The notes below the pieces were generated by a model. The model worked only from the letters and a program-made list of their open reading frames with translations. It was not told the origin of the DNA and made no database searches. The position numbers and the translations under genes are program-made. Of a stretch of 64,000 nt of DNA, positions 1-14,995 are shown piece after piece (position 1 is the first letter of the stretch; every line of letters starts with the position of its first letter). Source of the DNA: Convolutriloba macropyga (taxonomy: Eukaryota); the NCBI RefSeq assembly GCF_964194025.1, contig NC_134474.1:65100001-65164000 (forward strand), read 5' to 3'.

Positions 1-981
1 CACGTTGAACATATTTCACGTGGACTCAACTCACTGCTACTTACAGAAAACTGGCCAACTTCTATCTGAATTTTTTTTTTGTGAGCAGGCCTGTCAGTTT
101 ATCTGAATCAAGATCTACTAAATTTCTGATGAATAGAGGTCGATTGATATTAAAATCAAAAGAAACCACCAATATGATGTTGACTAAAATTGACTTCAAA
201 AACAGGCAGTTTACAATGTAAAATAGCATTTACTTTTGGCAACGAGTGCATAGAAAATTTCAGGGAGGAAAAACAAATTGTTTACTAACAAGATGTTTCT
301 GGGTGTAACTGTTGCCAGAACTGTCAGAATGTAAATAGTAAATAAAAATAATTTCACTCCAGAAACTGAAGTAAACATATCTCAATCAAAGCTGAAATTA
401 ATTAAAGTTCAGCCGAGCACTGAACTGTTTATCAATTTGACCGATTGGCGGTAACTCGGTTAAATTAGTAGTGGTAACTTTTTAAGCGCGAGCGTATTAA
501 ACCCAGGAAGCGAAACAACAAAAAAACAGTCTTGAGTTTGTTCACAAAAAGGGGGTAATTTGGTCACATGTAAGGCTTGAATGTGGTCGAAATTTATTAC
601 CGTTTAGCAGTAGGCCAATAAATTTTCAAAGACATTTTTCATTATAGTAGAAAGCATGGCTTCAAAGCTCAGCTTGATTTTTTCAGTATTTTTATCACAC
701 TTGGGCAAAAAGCTCTGCTAGGGAAAAATCACCCAATTTTGTTTACTTTTATTTACAGTTTGTTATTTTCTCAGTCTAATAGCTTAAAGTGTTAATTTGT
801 GAAAACAAAAAAACAAAAGTTGTAAATTATTGAGACGGCAAAAAATTGTATAACAGTAAATTCTGCCGAGATTACGAAAACCTGAAAGCCGCGACACAAT
901 CCGAAATTGAATTTGGGGCACAGACAACCTGAACAAAAATAAACCCAACGATTCGGTGGTTCAAATTGAGAATGAACAAAA

Positions 982-1172
982 AAGGGATTCTTTCCGTTTG
1001 TAACCCCCCCCCCCCCCCCCCCAGCATAGAGGGTTCATATCATTTGCACCCCAAGCGCACGTGTCAAATTTTCACATAAAGATTTACTATGTAATGATCT
1101 GTGCTCTGTAATTGGGGGTACGCATAAGGCACTTTGGAGGGGGGGGGGGGGCACTGGGGCTCATAAAGATCC
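982..1172. mobile_element. Degenerate MITE, same family as 49831-49994
   Basis: Left end gggattctttccgtttgtaacccc; internal ttactatgtaatg...gtgctctgtaa shared with the 49.8 kb copy. Confidence 0.55.
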
Positions 1173-2112
1173 CAAAAAGATTAGATTGTTGATGTTGCAC
1201 TTTTGAGCTCAGCAATAAATAAATAAATTAAATCGCACAAGCATGTCTAGATGATATAAAATTGGGTCACCTTTCCGGGGGTAGAGAAGAGGAGAAATTC
1301 ACGAGGGATGACAGAATTCGCCCTGGAGTCTTTTCCCAAGTGCCAATTAGTGGGTCATAATATACCACCTACCCACTCGAAAGGTGAAATTGGATTTGTT
1401 TGTTTGTTTGTTGAGAGGTAGAGATTTTGAAATGATAACCTATAGAATATTGTATGATCTTTATCAGGTTGACGCTTCTTATTCAAAATGAACCCCCCCC
1501 CCCCTCCATCCACTCGTCCCCCTACCTCCTTACCAAATCAGTACTGAAAATTTAAAAAATTAAAGCAAAAAACTCAAATCGGTGAGTTATTAAAGTTCAG
1601 TTCAATTTGTTTGTTTTTTGAATATCTAAACCCAAATTGATCAAAATTTTATAAAAGTACATCCAGTTGCAACTCCTATGGTTAAATAAATTAACACGCA
1701 ATAATAATAATTTCTCTGTTATTATAAACAGTTATAGAGAAAGTTAGTGATTCACGAAATGCAAAGCTGCCTGCTTTTCTGAACCCAAAAAGTCTGAAAA
1801 GTTTTCATTCCATGTATCTTGGTACCACCGATGCTCCAGGATTCAATTTTTCCATGATAAAATAATCTAGAGTGAAATGAAAATTCAAATGTCAAGATGG
1901 ATACTGGTACTTGCAAGTAATTTGTTTTCATGTATGTCAAGAAATAAAGTCACTGGCCTAAATTTTTATCAAGATATGTCTGGAGCTGTCTTTAAAACAA
2001 TGAACAATAAAAGCGCCAACAGAGTACGTTCCAGGCGAAGATTGTTTTTTGCAAGATCTTCTGAATTAAGTTTTTATCTATTTTATTGAAGCTCAATTGA
2101 CTCGAACCCATA

Positions 2113-3965
2113 TTTTGACAACCATAGTGTTCCGTTTTCTCTGCGAGAAATTTTAACTTTTTCAGAGAGCAAGAAGCCATTGCCTGCTATTTAAAACATT
2201 GCAGACGGTGTTTTTGAATTTTCAGGAGCCAATAAAACCTGTTTTCCTTAAAAAATGATGTCAATTAACAGATGCCAACTTATTCAAAAATTTGTTATGT
2301 AAGTCCAATAACTCAGTTATGAACAATAAAGGGAAAGAAATGAACAATAAAGGCACCAATAGAGTACGTTCCAAACGTGGATTATATTGTTTGAAAAAGT
2401 TTCTGCATTTAGCGTTTACCTTTATTACTGAAGCTCGATTTTCAAAGGAAAATAGTGAACAGGTCGAAATAATACTTTTTTCTTGCAATCAGCTTTCCCT
2501 AATTTAGGTGTTAGGGTAAAATGAGTTTTTTCATTGTTCACAAAGTGATCAAAAGCCAAATTTTTAACTCTCACTTTTCCAAATACCCTAAAAAATATGG
2601 AGTGATGCTAAATTTTTATAGAAAGCTCTTTTATAGAATTGTTACTAAAGTGTCCAGGGAAGGCAGAGAAACAGTTCAGACAGATGACAGAGAAACAGTT
2701 TAGACAGATGACAGAACAATAATGGAAAAAAATGTCGGCAAATGCATAGGAAAAATCCAATAATTATATTATATTAATTTCACAGAGATTTGAAAAGATG
2801 ATATCAAGAGATTTTTTCTGCGCAGCAAAAATTTTGATTTTTAAAATTTTTCAGAATTTGGCAATCTCGTTCAAATATTTTACTAAACAGTTGATTTCTG
2901 CTGGAGAGCATTTTACGCTTTTCATTTCACATCATGGGTTTTGTCCAACTGCATACTTTCTGTTAAGCGCCTACCGAGCAAATTGTGTGTTTCAACTGAC
3001 TGATCAAAAACTGAGGGAGTAGTTACTTGTTATCGCTAATTTTTTTGTCGGACAAGCAATTGTAAGCTTTTCACGGAAATCTTAAATAATGAAAGTGACG
3101 TCAGGCAAAAACTTCTCAAACCCAGTTTCGACAATAACAGTATAACGTTTTCTCTGCAAGAATTTAAATTTTTCTTCAAGAGCAGGAAGTCATCTTGTGC
3201 TATTCAAAACGTTCCTTTATCGTAGACGGTGTTTTTGAATTTTGAAGAGCCAATAAAACCGGTTTTCTTAAAAAAAATGTCAAAAAAGATGTGAATTTAT
3301 TCGAAAATTTGTTATGTACACGTCAAAACTCAGTTGTGTTGTGGTGCCAGAAACGTAAAAGATCTAATCTACTTTTTTTAAATAGGGAAAAACCATGAAC
3401 AATATAAGCACCAAGAGAGTACTTTCCAAACGCGGATTGTTTTATTCAAAAAGGATTCTGCATTTAGCTTTTCTTTTTATTATGGAAGCTCAATTTTCAA
3501 AGGAACATACTGACTAGGTCGAAAGAATACATTTCGTCCGAGAATCAGTTTTCCCTAGTTTAACGGTTAGAGTTTAGGGTAATATGAGTTTTTCATTGTT
3601 CACAAATAAGATCAAAATCCAAGTTTTTAACTCACACATTAGCCCAACAATGGAAAATATTTATGGAAAATGCATAAAGAATATCCAAATATTAGTTTAT
3701 AATAATTTTACAGAGATAAAGAAAGATGATATCACGAGATTATTTCTGCGCAGCAAACTTTGATTTTCAAAATTTTTTAGAATTTGCCAATCTCATTCGA
3801 ATATTTTACTAAACAAAGTTAATTTCCGCTGGAGAGTATTTTACGTTTTCTGTTTCACATCACGTAATTTATCCAATTGCATACTTTCTGATCACCACCT
3901 AACGAGCATAAAAAATTGTGTAATTCTATTGACTGATGAAAAGGAATGAAAAAGGAGTAGTTACT
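2113..3965. repeat. Diverged tandem duplication, unit ~1 kb (2113-3027 vs 3126-3965), running into the N gap
   Basis: Colinear shared blocks such as agacggtgtttttgaattt, gaaagatgatatca.gagatt and ggagtagttact. Confidence 0.8.
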
Positions 3966-4209
3966 NNNNNNNNNNNNNNNNNNNNNNNNNNNNNNNNNNN
4001 NNNNNNNNNNNNNNNNNNNNNNNNNNNNNNNNNNNNNNNNNNNNNNNNNNNNNNNNNNNNNNNNNNNNNNNNNNNNNNNNNNNNNNNNNNNNNNNNNNNN
4101 NNNNNNNNNNNNNNNNNNNNNNNNNNNNNNNNNNNNNNNNNNNNNNNNNNNNNNNNNNNNNNNNNNNNNNNNNNNNNNNNNNNNNNNNNNNNNNNNNNNN
4201 NNNNNNNNN
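3966..4209. other. Assembly gap (N run)
   Basis: Run of N. Confidence 0.98.
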
Positions 4210-5479
4210 TATGCTTCTCAGTAATTGACATCTTCACAAGTTTCATTTAAAAGTTTTCTAAAATTGGTTTGCGGCAGTAGATACCTTGTTTTGCTCTGCA
4301 GCGCAATTTATGATCGGTTAATCACTCTTCGTTACTTGTTGTTTTTAAATTGGGGGGAGCATAAAAGTTTATCTATTACTGAGATTGTACAGAGCTTATT
4401 AATGTGGGTGTTGATGTAATTATTTTTGTAGATAAATCATAAAAGGTATAACGTTTTTTACCAACTTTTGAGATGCACTTATAAGGACAAATTCAAAAGC
4501 GTATACAGTTTTCTTGGTATTCAGGAAGAGACTGCGCGGTTAAACTTTTTAGCTGTCCTTAGAACTCTTTAGCTGTCTTTAGTTATCTGCTCCTTGCAAC
4601 CATTGTCTGATTTTTTGTTTTTTTCAGAGTTAACAAATTTTTTTAACAACGATTATGACTATGGCAAATATATCAAAAAAGAACTGCTTTCGTTAATTCA
4701 GCGGCGTGAGATAAAATTTTAATGCACGTTTTTCCGCTTGGAGAGTGAATGTTTTTTTTTTCAAGATTATTTTTCTTATGTGAGAACAACTTCTGTTTCG
4801 ACATTTTCACTATCAAAATTGAACATACCACAATTGTTATTTGTAGAAAAAGTGAAGTTATTATTTTTATTATTTCAATATGATATTGGATAAAAAACTG
4901 TTAGCCCGTAACTGAAGAAGACATCTTTGATAGCGTCATTGTAGAGTTAATAGCTAGAAAACTTTCGAAGCAAAAATTCTTCAATACAGTAAAAAACGTG
5001 AAAGTATGCAAATTCAATATTAAGAATTTCTCTTATTTTGGACCGAACTGAAAATGAAATTAACAGACAAATAGTAACAGTTAGCAAGGATAAATGTGGC
5101 ATGATTATAAGAATTAAATAAATTTTTGAGAAAATGTTGAGAGACTTCAAGCTGAACACATTTTTTATCTTTGAATAATTTTGTTGTCACTGTTATTGGA
5201 ATTTTTGATTTGTCTTAGTCACGATCATTGAGATAAAAACAATTTTGAAACCAAAATGGAAATTTTTGGTTGAGAATTTGAAATGTTCTCTTTTGAAATT
5301 ATTATAAAAATGTTTCTATGTTCATCCAACTAGAAAAATACTTGTACCTATTATTCACTCAGTATCAAAATTAGTTTAGAAACTTTTTGATTAATATCGA
5401 AATTTAGTACTAATAAAGAAAGATTTCACAATTTTCTCTGTAATGGTTCTGAATCTCTCTATATCAGAGCAAATTTCAG

Positions 5480-7470
5480 ATCTATTGCTCCTTGAATTTT
5501 TCCGCAAATAAGAGCTTGAAACATCTACAGGAACAATTGTTTTAAAATCAGAATTTGCAAAAAATCAGAGTACGATCGGAGGATATCCGAGCCAAATATG
5601 ACATGAACAGAGTCTGAATCAGTACTGATAAATTTCTGAAAATTATGATCCAGAGCTCAAATAATCTGAAAGTTAAATATCAACTAGATTGTGTAAATAT
5701 ATGGTGTAAAGTTTAGGTAACGAAAAGTCAATCAATAAACTTTTAATGCGTACTGAACTTATGCGTATAATTTGGGTCAAGTACTGTCAAGTGTTTGTGA
5801 ATTTAAAAAATGTGTGGTAAACTTGTTCTTTTCATCTACTGTTTGTCATACTTGTCTATTTGTCTCAACAAGGATATTTTTGCCTAAACCCTTTGAACTG
5901 GTTGCAATTGGACCCATTTATTGTTTTATCTTCTTGCCTTCATCTTCAATTTGGGATCCGTATTCAGTTGCGTTGATAGTGAGATTTAAATACCTTCCTA
6001 GAAACACCTCACGGCGTAGCAGACATGGATAAGAAAAATATCTCTTATTTTGTTTGAAAGACTTTCCAAAGACCATGAGCACAAAAAATGCCCATTTTCT
6101 GATTCATATAATATTTTTGCTTATAAATCTCACACGCTTTGAGATTAAAAAATCTCCGAGTAATTCAGCTCAATCGTATCTGTGAAACACAGACCAAAAA
6201 GCCAGCGGTATGGCAAAAATTTTAATAACTATGTAAAACTCTATCTCTACTAAAGCATTATCTTGAAGGTTTCCCAGGCTGAGGTCCCACACCGAAAGTC
6301 GATAAGTCCAGACCAAAATGAAAGCAGAAGGGGGTGTCCTACGCACAAAAAAAATACAATAAAAACCCAATTTCAATATTTAAATATTTAGAGAAACACA
6401 ATAACAAAATCAAAGTAGCATCAGATAACAACTGAATGAAAGCAATTAACCTCTACATTACTAAAAAATATTTTAAAAATTACCTGTTCTCAATCAGACT
6501 TCGCAATAAATCCTTAAAAAAAACAGCAGAAACGGCAAAGATCAAAAATAAGTTCACATTTCTGACCGTTGTTTTCTAAGTGATTAAAACCAATAGCTGT
6601 CAATTGAAATCATTACACCTTTTAATTTTTTATTGAAGAAACAATTGGTACCTGTGATTTTATAACTATTGAAGAACCAACTCAGACTTGTCAGTATCTA
6701 GATTTTGTCACACGAGTGCAAAAACATGACAAAAACAGGCACAAATTTTTCATAAAAAAATAAAATATTATAGCAAGAAAAGGGTGTCGCAGCCGTTTAC
6801 ACTAAATTCTATTCGCTGGACAATTACATAGGTTCAATTTTGCAATCTTTCAACGCCAATGGGACCACGGCAAGTGCCATACTCTGGCAGGGAGACAAAG
6901 AAAAATGTCAAAAAATTTAAGACATCAGAAAATGCATTTTCTAAAAATGAAAACTAATAGTACCACAGCCAAGAATCCTCTATCCGAAAAAAAACAGTTT
7001 GAAGACTGGATTAAGGCTGGCTAGGAAGTAGTTACGATTCGTTTTTGCGGAGACTAAACTACCTATTAACAGAAAGAAGGTAAAAGCTGAATTGAGAGAA
7101 ATCTCATTAACTTTTTAAAACAAATATTTTCAAAAGTGATAAAAAATCAAATTTTCAACCAATAAACGGACTCAATTTGAACTCTTTACGAATCAAGTGG
7201 GCTTGTAATTAGTGAGAATAAGTCATAAGACAAAAAAAACAGCAAACTCAAATTTTAACAAATAATTTACGATACTGCAGTTTTGAAGCCGTGAAACTAT
7301 AAGATTTTGGACTTGAATTTTGTCGCAAATAAGAGCCTGAAACATCTACTGGAACAATTGTTTTGAAATCAGAATTTGCTAAAGTTCACAGTACAATCAG
7401 TGTCTGAATCAGACGGTATCCGAGCTAAATATGATATGAGCAGAGTCTGAATCAGTACTGAGAAATTTGA
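5480..7470 (+). repeat. Dispersed ~150-bp repeat pair (about 5490-5640 and 7313-7470)
   Basis: Shared cgcaaataagagc.tgaaacatctac.ggaacaattgtttt.aaatcagaatttgc and cagagtctgaatcagtactga. Confidence 0.75.
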
Positions 7471-10400
7471 AGCCGTGAAACTATAAGATATTGAAAACCA
7501 TTAAAAAAGAGTTAAACTGAAAGCATTTCATTTCGTCAGTTGAATTTCAATGGGCAGTTTCTGCAGAAAGTTATGCGACAAAGACAAAAGGAACATAAAA
7601 TTTTGACCGGTATAGAAAATTTTTACTATGCGCTAAAGACATCAGTCAAAAGACGTAACCAACAAGGAAATTAGAGTTTACTCCTGCAAAAAATTAATGA
7701 TACCTATCAATAAAGACACGCATTTAGATGATGACAAAATAAAGCAAAGAGGGGAAAAATTCAAAAAACGTTTTATTTTTTTTAAAGTGTTTCATCTGAA
7801 AGTCATTCAAACAATTAGATAGATTATGGAATCATTGAATTGTTTCACTTATCCTTCCAGCCAAAGATCTTTCAATATCGAGATTTTTTTTCGAAACACA
7901 GGTGAAACAAAAAAAATCTAACAAAATTTGAGAGAGAACGGTGTCGCAGCCGTCAAAACCGTAAGACCTTCAACATAAAACAGTAAATTTATTCTCATGT
8001 GCAATCTGTAGACGTCAGTCGAACAATTCATTAGTGCGATAATTTGTCAAGCAATGAAAAAAGAACCGGAAAAAGGGTAATTATATAAAAATCAAAACGT
8101 TTTTTGTAAACTCGTATCACCAAAGCCAAAAACCCATTAGTTAAAAGTAAAAAAAAACATTGTAGAAATTATACTTTATTTTTTCATGGAAAAACGATTG
8201 AGCTGTTTTTACTGAGACTGAGTTACGGATTAGCTGGCACAACAATGATCTAAAAGATGCAAAGTTTAAAACTAAACTGATATTTGGATAAAATAATTTT
8301 ACAGAAAATCATAAGAGCACTTATATCAAATGAAAACTTGATATAAGTCTTCTTACCAAATTAAGAAGCCAATTGGATTTTGATTCGTGAGATTAGTTCA
8401 TTCTGGAACAAGAAAAAAAGTAGCTGAAACACAAAAATTCAATTTAATTTTCTCAATATTTTTTATAAACGCCTTGAAAACATTTATAAACATGTATTTT
8501 TATTGGTGTTCGTATATATGCAACTTGAATTAACTGAACATTGGTTTGAAATCATTGTTGTCACTAAATAGCATAAAAAATTACAAAAATTGCAAAAAGA
8601 GTTATTTGAAGAAAACGCCCCAAAATAAAGTCCAAATAATTCGTTTTTTAAGATTGCGCTATGAGAAAACACCAGCCCTCGAAAATACACGTTAGAAAAA
8701 AATCATATAACTGTTCTAAATAATTGCAAAACAGATAATCTGGCAAACGATTTATTTCAATCAATAAAAAATAAATGGTGCCTTTTGGATACATACCGAG
8801 CTATATTAGCAAATAAACGGGCTCTATTTTGATTCCAAAGACTCTTATAGGAAGCGCCCCAAAAAAGCCCTCTTTAGCAGTTGAAAAAGATTGTGTTAGC
8901 ATTTTTCAGGTCTCTACTTCTGCAATCTTGAACAAAATGGGTTATAAAGATTTTTTTGGCACCTTTTATATTATGGTCTCAAATTCGAAGTTTGGCCAAA
9001 TATTTGCACAAACACTCGGACTAAACCAACAGCAACTCTCCTCTATCCTGGAAGGTAAAATCACTACAGCTATTGTTGACAATTTTGGCAAACTTTTATT
9101 ATCAAATTTCAAGTAATTTCGTGTTAAAATATTGGAAAATGTGAGCATACAAAACAACGAAAATCGGTCTCCTATTCAAAAAACTCTTCTGTCTATAGAA
9201 CAAAAACTTTAACAACCAAAATTTTAGGTAAACTCGTTAACAATTTTAACAAATTTTTCAGCTAATTTGGCACAAAGTAGTAATATTACCCAAAAATATG
9301 AAAAAAAACAACTAAAATTAGTCAAATCTGTGAGCTCTTGTTATTGTTGGAGCTTGTGATCTTCACCAAGTCTTTTGTTGAAAATAACTATAGAGGCAGA
9401 TAAAACCAATTTTTGGGCTTTCAACGCCCATGTTAATAATCTGCTCTACTTGTGCTCTAATTGTGTTCCTTTTCTTTTAGTGCAAGAGTGAGGTCAAGGA
9501 ATTTAAGCATGCGCAACTGCCGTGAAAATTGACCAATCTCGTATTTACAAGCCTTGTGTGCTAACCATTACACAATCGGGTCTTAAGCTCTCGAACTTGG
9601 GCATCTCTTATAACCCGTTCTCACGTTCTTTCTTGTTCATCAAGGCTTCAATTCTCTAGCCAAGTATACGCTTAACAAGTAGAGCTTCGTGTCAAGTTAT
9701 GTCAAGCTTATCTTGTGAACAATTTACATTAGGTTGTTTCCTCTCAACATTCTAACATATGGACTAATTTTGACCACGATTTGTCAATATTTCGTCCAAT
9801 TTTTGTTGCATTCTTTAAATCGCTAGTCTGGATAAAAAATTGCAAACGGTTAGTGTTCTCTGTTCACACTTTACAGCCACTCAGAGGGCAACTTGGTTGT
9901 CTTAAAGACAAAAATTCAAAAATGTTCTTAATAGGGAATTGTTTGCCATTTCAACGAAAAATCCAGGCATTGTCTGGCTCTCCCCCTTTGCCATTTCAAC
10001 AAAAAATTATTGATTTTTATTTATAATGTTTACAAGAGTCTAAGGAAATACACCAGTAGAGCTATCAAGGTATTAAAATAACAATTTTTCAAGGTTTTGA
10101 CCGACTGGTGGACTGTTCATGTTGTAGAATTAAAAAACTTTACCTCTACGAGCTATCTTTTACTCTATTTAATACCCGTACTACTGACTTTCAATACCGC
10201 TGAAGTCGAGCATAGTTTTTTCCAGAAAAATAAATTTATCGATATTCGTTTTCGTTATTCGTTTCGTAATAAGGATTCGATATTCGTTTCAACGCTGTTT
10301 CGAAGAGAATGGTAAAATTTCTTGCAATTTTTAAGTTACGAATTTGTGGTCAATTCCAAAGTCTGAGTTCACTCTTAAAGATGTGATATAAATTTCCAAA

Positions 10401-13400
10401 TTGGTCGTCAGTGTCATTCTAATTAGTTTTCTAGACTTAAATAAACGACTATTAAGTGCTGATTTTCGTAAATTGCTAGCGGCTTCGAAAATTTTTTTTA
10501 ATATTGTTTTTTTTGCTATATTGAAGTCGGATGCACAATTTTTAGTTTTTTATAATATCATTAGCAGTAAAATGATTAATATTGAAAAGTGAATGTTTTA
10601 AATCAGTTGCAACTGGTTATAACTTTTCATCAGTTCTGATTTTTTTAAAAAAAATCAATTTTTCGTCCCCGAAAAAACAGTACTTTTAGTGTTTTTCGAT
10701 TAAACTTTGGAAGATATAAACATCTGCTAATTTTGAGTTTTTGATTTCATTCGCTAAATCTTTTCAATTCTTGGGCTTTTCTTGTTTTTATCATTTTTTG
10801 TGCATTACACGGTTTTTTTCTCAAATTTTGAATTTTTTCCTCTTCTACGAACAATCAAAACTCTTTTAAATCCTTGATTTTTTCTATCAAAAATTGAGAA
10901 GTTAATCTCTCAAAAAACAAATTCAATTCTCTCCAATACTTTACGGCTGTAACTGGTGAAAATTTACTAAGCCAGTTTTGTCTGATAAATAATAGTCGGA
11001 TAACAAGATTAATCTGCTAAATCACAAATTGGGTAAAAATCGAGCACAGAAAAGAACGAACCTAAAATTTCGTTTCAATTCTAATATCAGCTCTTATCTC
11101 TTCAAAAGCAGGGGATTTAATAACCAAGAGCAGAATTTAAGGCGATCTTAACCAAATTTTCAATGATTGAAATTAGCGATTTTGTCTGGCGTACAGTACT
11201 TGTTCTTATCTTAAGACATATAGCCCTCAAGCGGGGCTCAATACGACCCTATCTAAGGCAGAGAAATTAATTGGGGAGGAATTATCGAATACTGAAGAGT
11301 AGACAATTGATGCCCAGTTCGAATTACCAGAAACGATCTTCCTAAATGATGCTTGTTTATGGATTTGAAGTTTTCTATGTCTTCAAATGAAAAATCTCCT
11401 GAATTTGAGCACCAAATTAAGATCAAATGACGTCTTGTGGCTTCTAAATGAAAAGGAATGTCAAAAATTAACGAATTTGAAGCGAGAAAATTTGTAGGAG
11501 CCTTGAAAAGAAATTTCTTCCTATAATTGAACCAAAACACTGAAAAGAGATGTCATTTTCTGCTCTTTAAAGTACAATAGCATGTCAATATTATTTAATG
11601 TTTTTCTTAATGAAAATCTGGAGGCTGTTTCAAAATCTCACCTTTCTAAAAAAAACAGCTTTCAAATTCTCTTCAAACTCCCTTTTTGATCTTTCTCGGT
11701 GATTTGAGTTCAGATTTTTGTAATTATAGGCGCATTAGACGGCAATAAAAAAGCAATAAATCTATCCAACAATTTTTACAAAAGTGGCACTTAATAACTG
11801 ACTTGTAAAGTCAATGGTAGTAGGAAACTTTGCATATAGGCTCACTTGTGTTAACTTATATTCCATTCACCTTTCAGCATTGCCGACTCATTCGAAAGTT
11901 TTCTGAGCATTTTAGATATTGTTAAAAAATCAGTCGTTGACCAGCTGAAAAATAAAATTTAGCTTGACATTAGAAACCTACCATTTGTTGTTAAATTAGT
12001 AACCGACAAAAAAAAACTTTTTGGAACCTATATTAAAACTGCTTCTATTTTCAAAGTTGTTTCTTTGATCCGACATATACGAATTATTCTGGGGTGAGCA
12101 AGATACTATATTTTGTATTTAATTATTTTTCAAAAAGAAATTTTTCAACACGTTCAATCGGTTGAAAGGTTAAATGTTGCGTTTTGTTCCGTTTTTACAA
12201 TGCGAACCCTTTGAAAAAGTAATCAATTGTTTTTTGAGGTTTTTCAAATGTTTTCAATCACAATAGTTTGCTACGGAGTAACTCTGTTCTTATACTTTTG
12301 TGCCCAAAATGTTCTGAAATTTTGCCAAACAGGTTTTAAAGTTTACTCACTAATCGTAAGCTTGGACTTATCGAAAACTCAAATTTGACAAAATTCAATC
12401 AAATCGGGAATTTTACCGTTTGTGCACAACTGTCTCTCCAGCTACGTGGGTTTCGTGCCCCTCCCTCCCCCCACCTCCAAGAAGAAAAACGTGCGTTGTT
12501 GACATTCTAATACGGAGAAAGGGCTATAATGGGAAAGACCTACCACTTAGAAACCTGAACTAAAGCCAAAATAAAGTGGTATGTGGTGGAAGCAAAAATA
12601 AATAAATTATTAATTATTAAATAAATTAAATAATTAAATTATTAAATATTAAATAAATTATTCGTTTTAGGAAACAATTAGCGTCAGTGTATCAAAAAAC
12701 AGTTGATGAGACGAATCGAAAATTGATAAATTTCGGCTATCTGACACGTCTGCTATTCAAATACGCACTCTTTTGAAAGAAAAAAGTATGTCCTCTACCG
12801 TCGTCGTATGTGTCATAAATGTTGAGCTTAAAAGTGATTGGTTAATATTGAAGATTGAAGGGAGATAAGGGACGCCCTTCCATTAAGAGTAAGTGAATTG
12901 AACCAGAATGACAACCTCTGTCTAGACACTCAACCATCCATTAGGGATTACACAAAATGAGTTCTCACCAGGTTACACCACTATATTTTGCAAAAGGTAC
13001 AAAATTTGGGTTTTTCATGACAGCCCTCTAAAAAAGTACAACCCCCGCTTATTATGGCATATTTACGGTAATTGGTGGAGGAGAGGGGGCCAGATGGGAT
13101 TGTTATATGTCCACTAAGCCGGGGGGGGGGGGGGTGTTTGCGCGAGTAGAGCCTTCAAACTTTAAGTGTACAGTTGATAAATGGGTACTTTTTCGCATAT
13201 CAAAAGATGATGACAACAAACGGTGCTATTTATAAATTATATATTATATGGATCTGTTTGATTTCCCCGGTGAACAAAAATTTTGTTTTCATTAGCATGT
13301 CTGGACAAATGTAGGCTAATTTATACTACGAGTAACCTCACACGAAGCAGGACTAATTATAACTAATTATAAAAATATAGCGTTTTATAAACATCATTGA

Positions 13401-14119
13401 CGTAACGGAAATTGTCTGCAAAAACAAATTGTCAGCAAACATTGCCAGGAAAAAATATACAGCGTACAAATCGACACATTATCTGGGGCATTAAAGCGTG
13501 TTATATGCGTCGTAAATTTGATCATTGTCGTGATCTTCTAAAATCATATGTCCTACCAGCTGATTTAATTATTTCAAAATTTAGTCTGTCGAAACTTCAC
13601 GCAGATTTAAACCAGAAGATAACAGCAGAAACTTTTAGAGAATGTGAAAACAGCCTACAGTTAAAACCGAACAAAGGGACAAAACAGCTGATAATAAGAA
13701 GGCAATATTATACTGATCAGATTCAAAGATCATTGATATTGAAGAGCATACAAAAGTGGAGAAATTACCTCTTAAAGTAAGAGCGACGTGGAATAAAATT
13801 CTTTTCTGAAATTCTTGCAACGTCTGCATAAAAATATGCCAATAGACAGACAATTAGGGCCATTAGGGTCTTATTTTTACATAAAGATGAACGAAGAGCT
13901 TAATTGGTAACATTAATCAGTAACCAGAAGTTTTACAGAATTTTGCTTATTTTACTATTTGGGCAAAAGGCAATATTACTACATTGATTAAAAATACCGT
14001 AAGGAATCTAGGATCTTTTCCACTAGGGTCACCTTTCGCAGCTTTGAACTCTCCATACATCGTTGAACATACTGTTAAAGTTAAATAGATTTATACAAAT
14101 GCAAATAACATTTACATGT

Positions 14120-14995
14120 AATACAGCATTTTTTGCGAAAGTTAGAGATTACAGTCTAACAAAAATAACTACAACATTTCTGAATGCTCTAATTGATTGG
14201 TGTGCATGGGCGAATTAGGACAAGGAGAAGCCGAATTGAACCAGAGCCCTAATCAAATTGAATAAGACTTTTGTGCCTAAACGAAGAATTCCTCAAACTA
14301 ATAATCTGAACAAAGCACTTGGAACAGAGAAATAATAGCGAAATCTCGGAACTCATCACTGAAGAAAAAACCCACGGTTGAGCAATTTAAAAATACTAAA
14401 AGAGATAGCGAAAAAAACGTGATTGTTCTCATCATGTCAAAACTTTATGCAGTCTGCATGTCTGCAGTGCCTATGTAAAGTAGGACCTTTTTCCGCAAGG
14501 GCCACCTTNNNNNNNNNNNNNNNNNNNNNNNNNNNNNNNNNNNNNNNNNNNNNNNNNNNNNNNNNNNNNNNNNNNNNNNNNNNNNNNNNNNNNNNNNNNN
14601 NNNNNNNNNNNNNNNNNNNNNNNNNNNNNNNNNNNNNNNNNNNNNNNNNNNNNNNNNNNNNNNAAACTGCATGTTTGTAAAAGTTAGAGATTACACTCTA
14701 AGAAAAATGATTACACTACTTTTGAATGCTCAAATTGAATAGAAAACATGACCGAATTAAGACAAGTTGAACCACAGCCCGGTACTAATCAAGTTGAATA
14801 CGACTTATGTTCCTAAACCAAGAACTTTTCAAAGTAAAAAATTTAATAAAGCACTCGAAACGCAGAAATAATAGCAAAATCTTAAAATTCATCAACAAAC
14901 AAAAAGAACAACGGATAAGCAATTTACAATTAATAAAAAAGTTAGCAACAAAACGTGAAACTTTTCATCAGTGAACAACTTTCTGCAGTCTGCGA
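14120..14995 (+). repeat. Diverged direct duplication (~340 bp) flanking the N gap 14509-14663
   Basis: aaagttagagattaca.tctaa ... ctttatgcagtctgc / ctttctgcagtctgc on both sides of the gap. Confidence 0.75.

Noticed and set aside
3926-4250. ORFs spanning N runs (also 14423..14680)
   Set aside because: Artefacts of assembly gaps.
9431-9757. Solo LTR (TGTTA...TAACA, CCAAT, TATA-like)
   Set aside because: No matching 4-6 bp target-site duplication and no second copy or PBS/PPT.
13412-13780. 122-aa ORF as a gene
   Set aside because: Non-ATG start, no recognisable domain and no convincing splice context.
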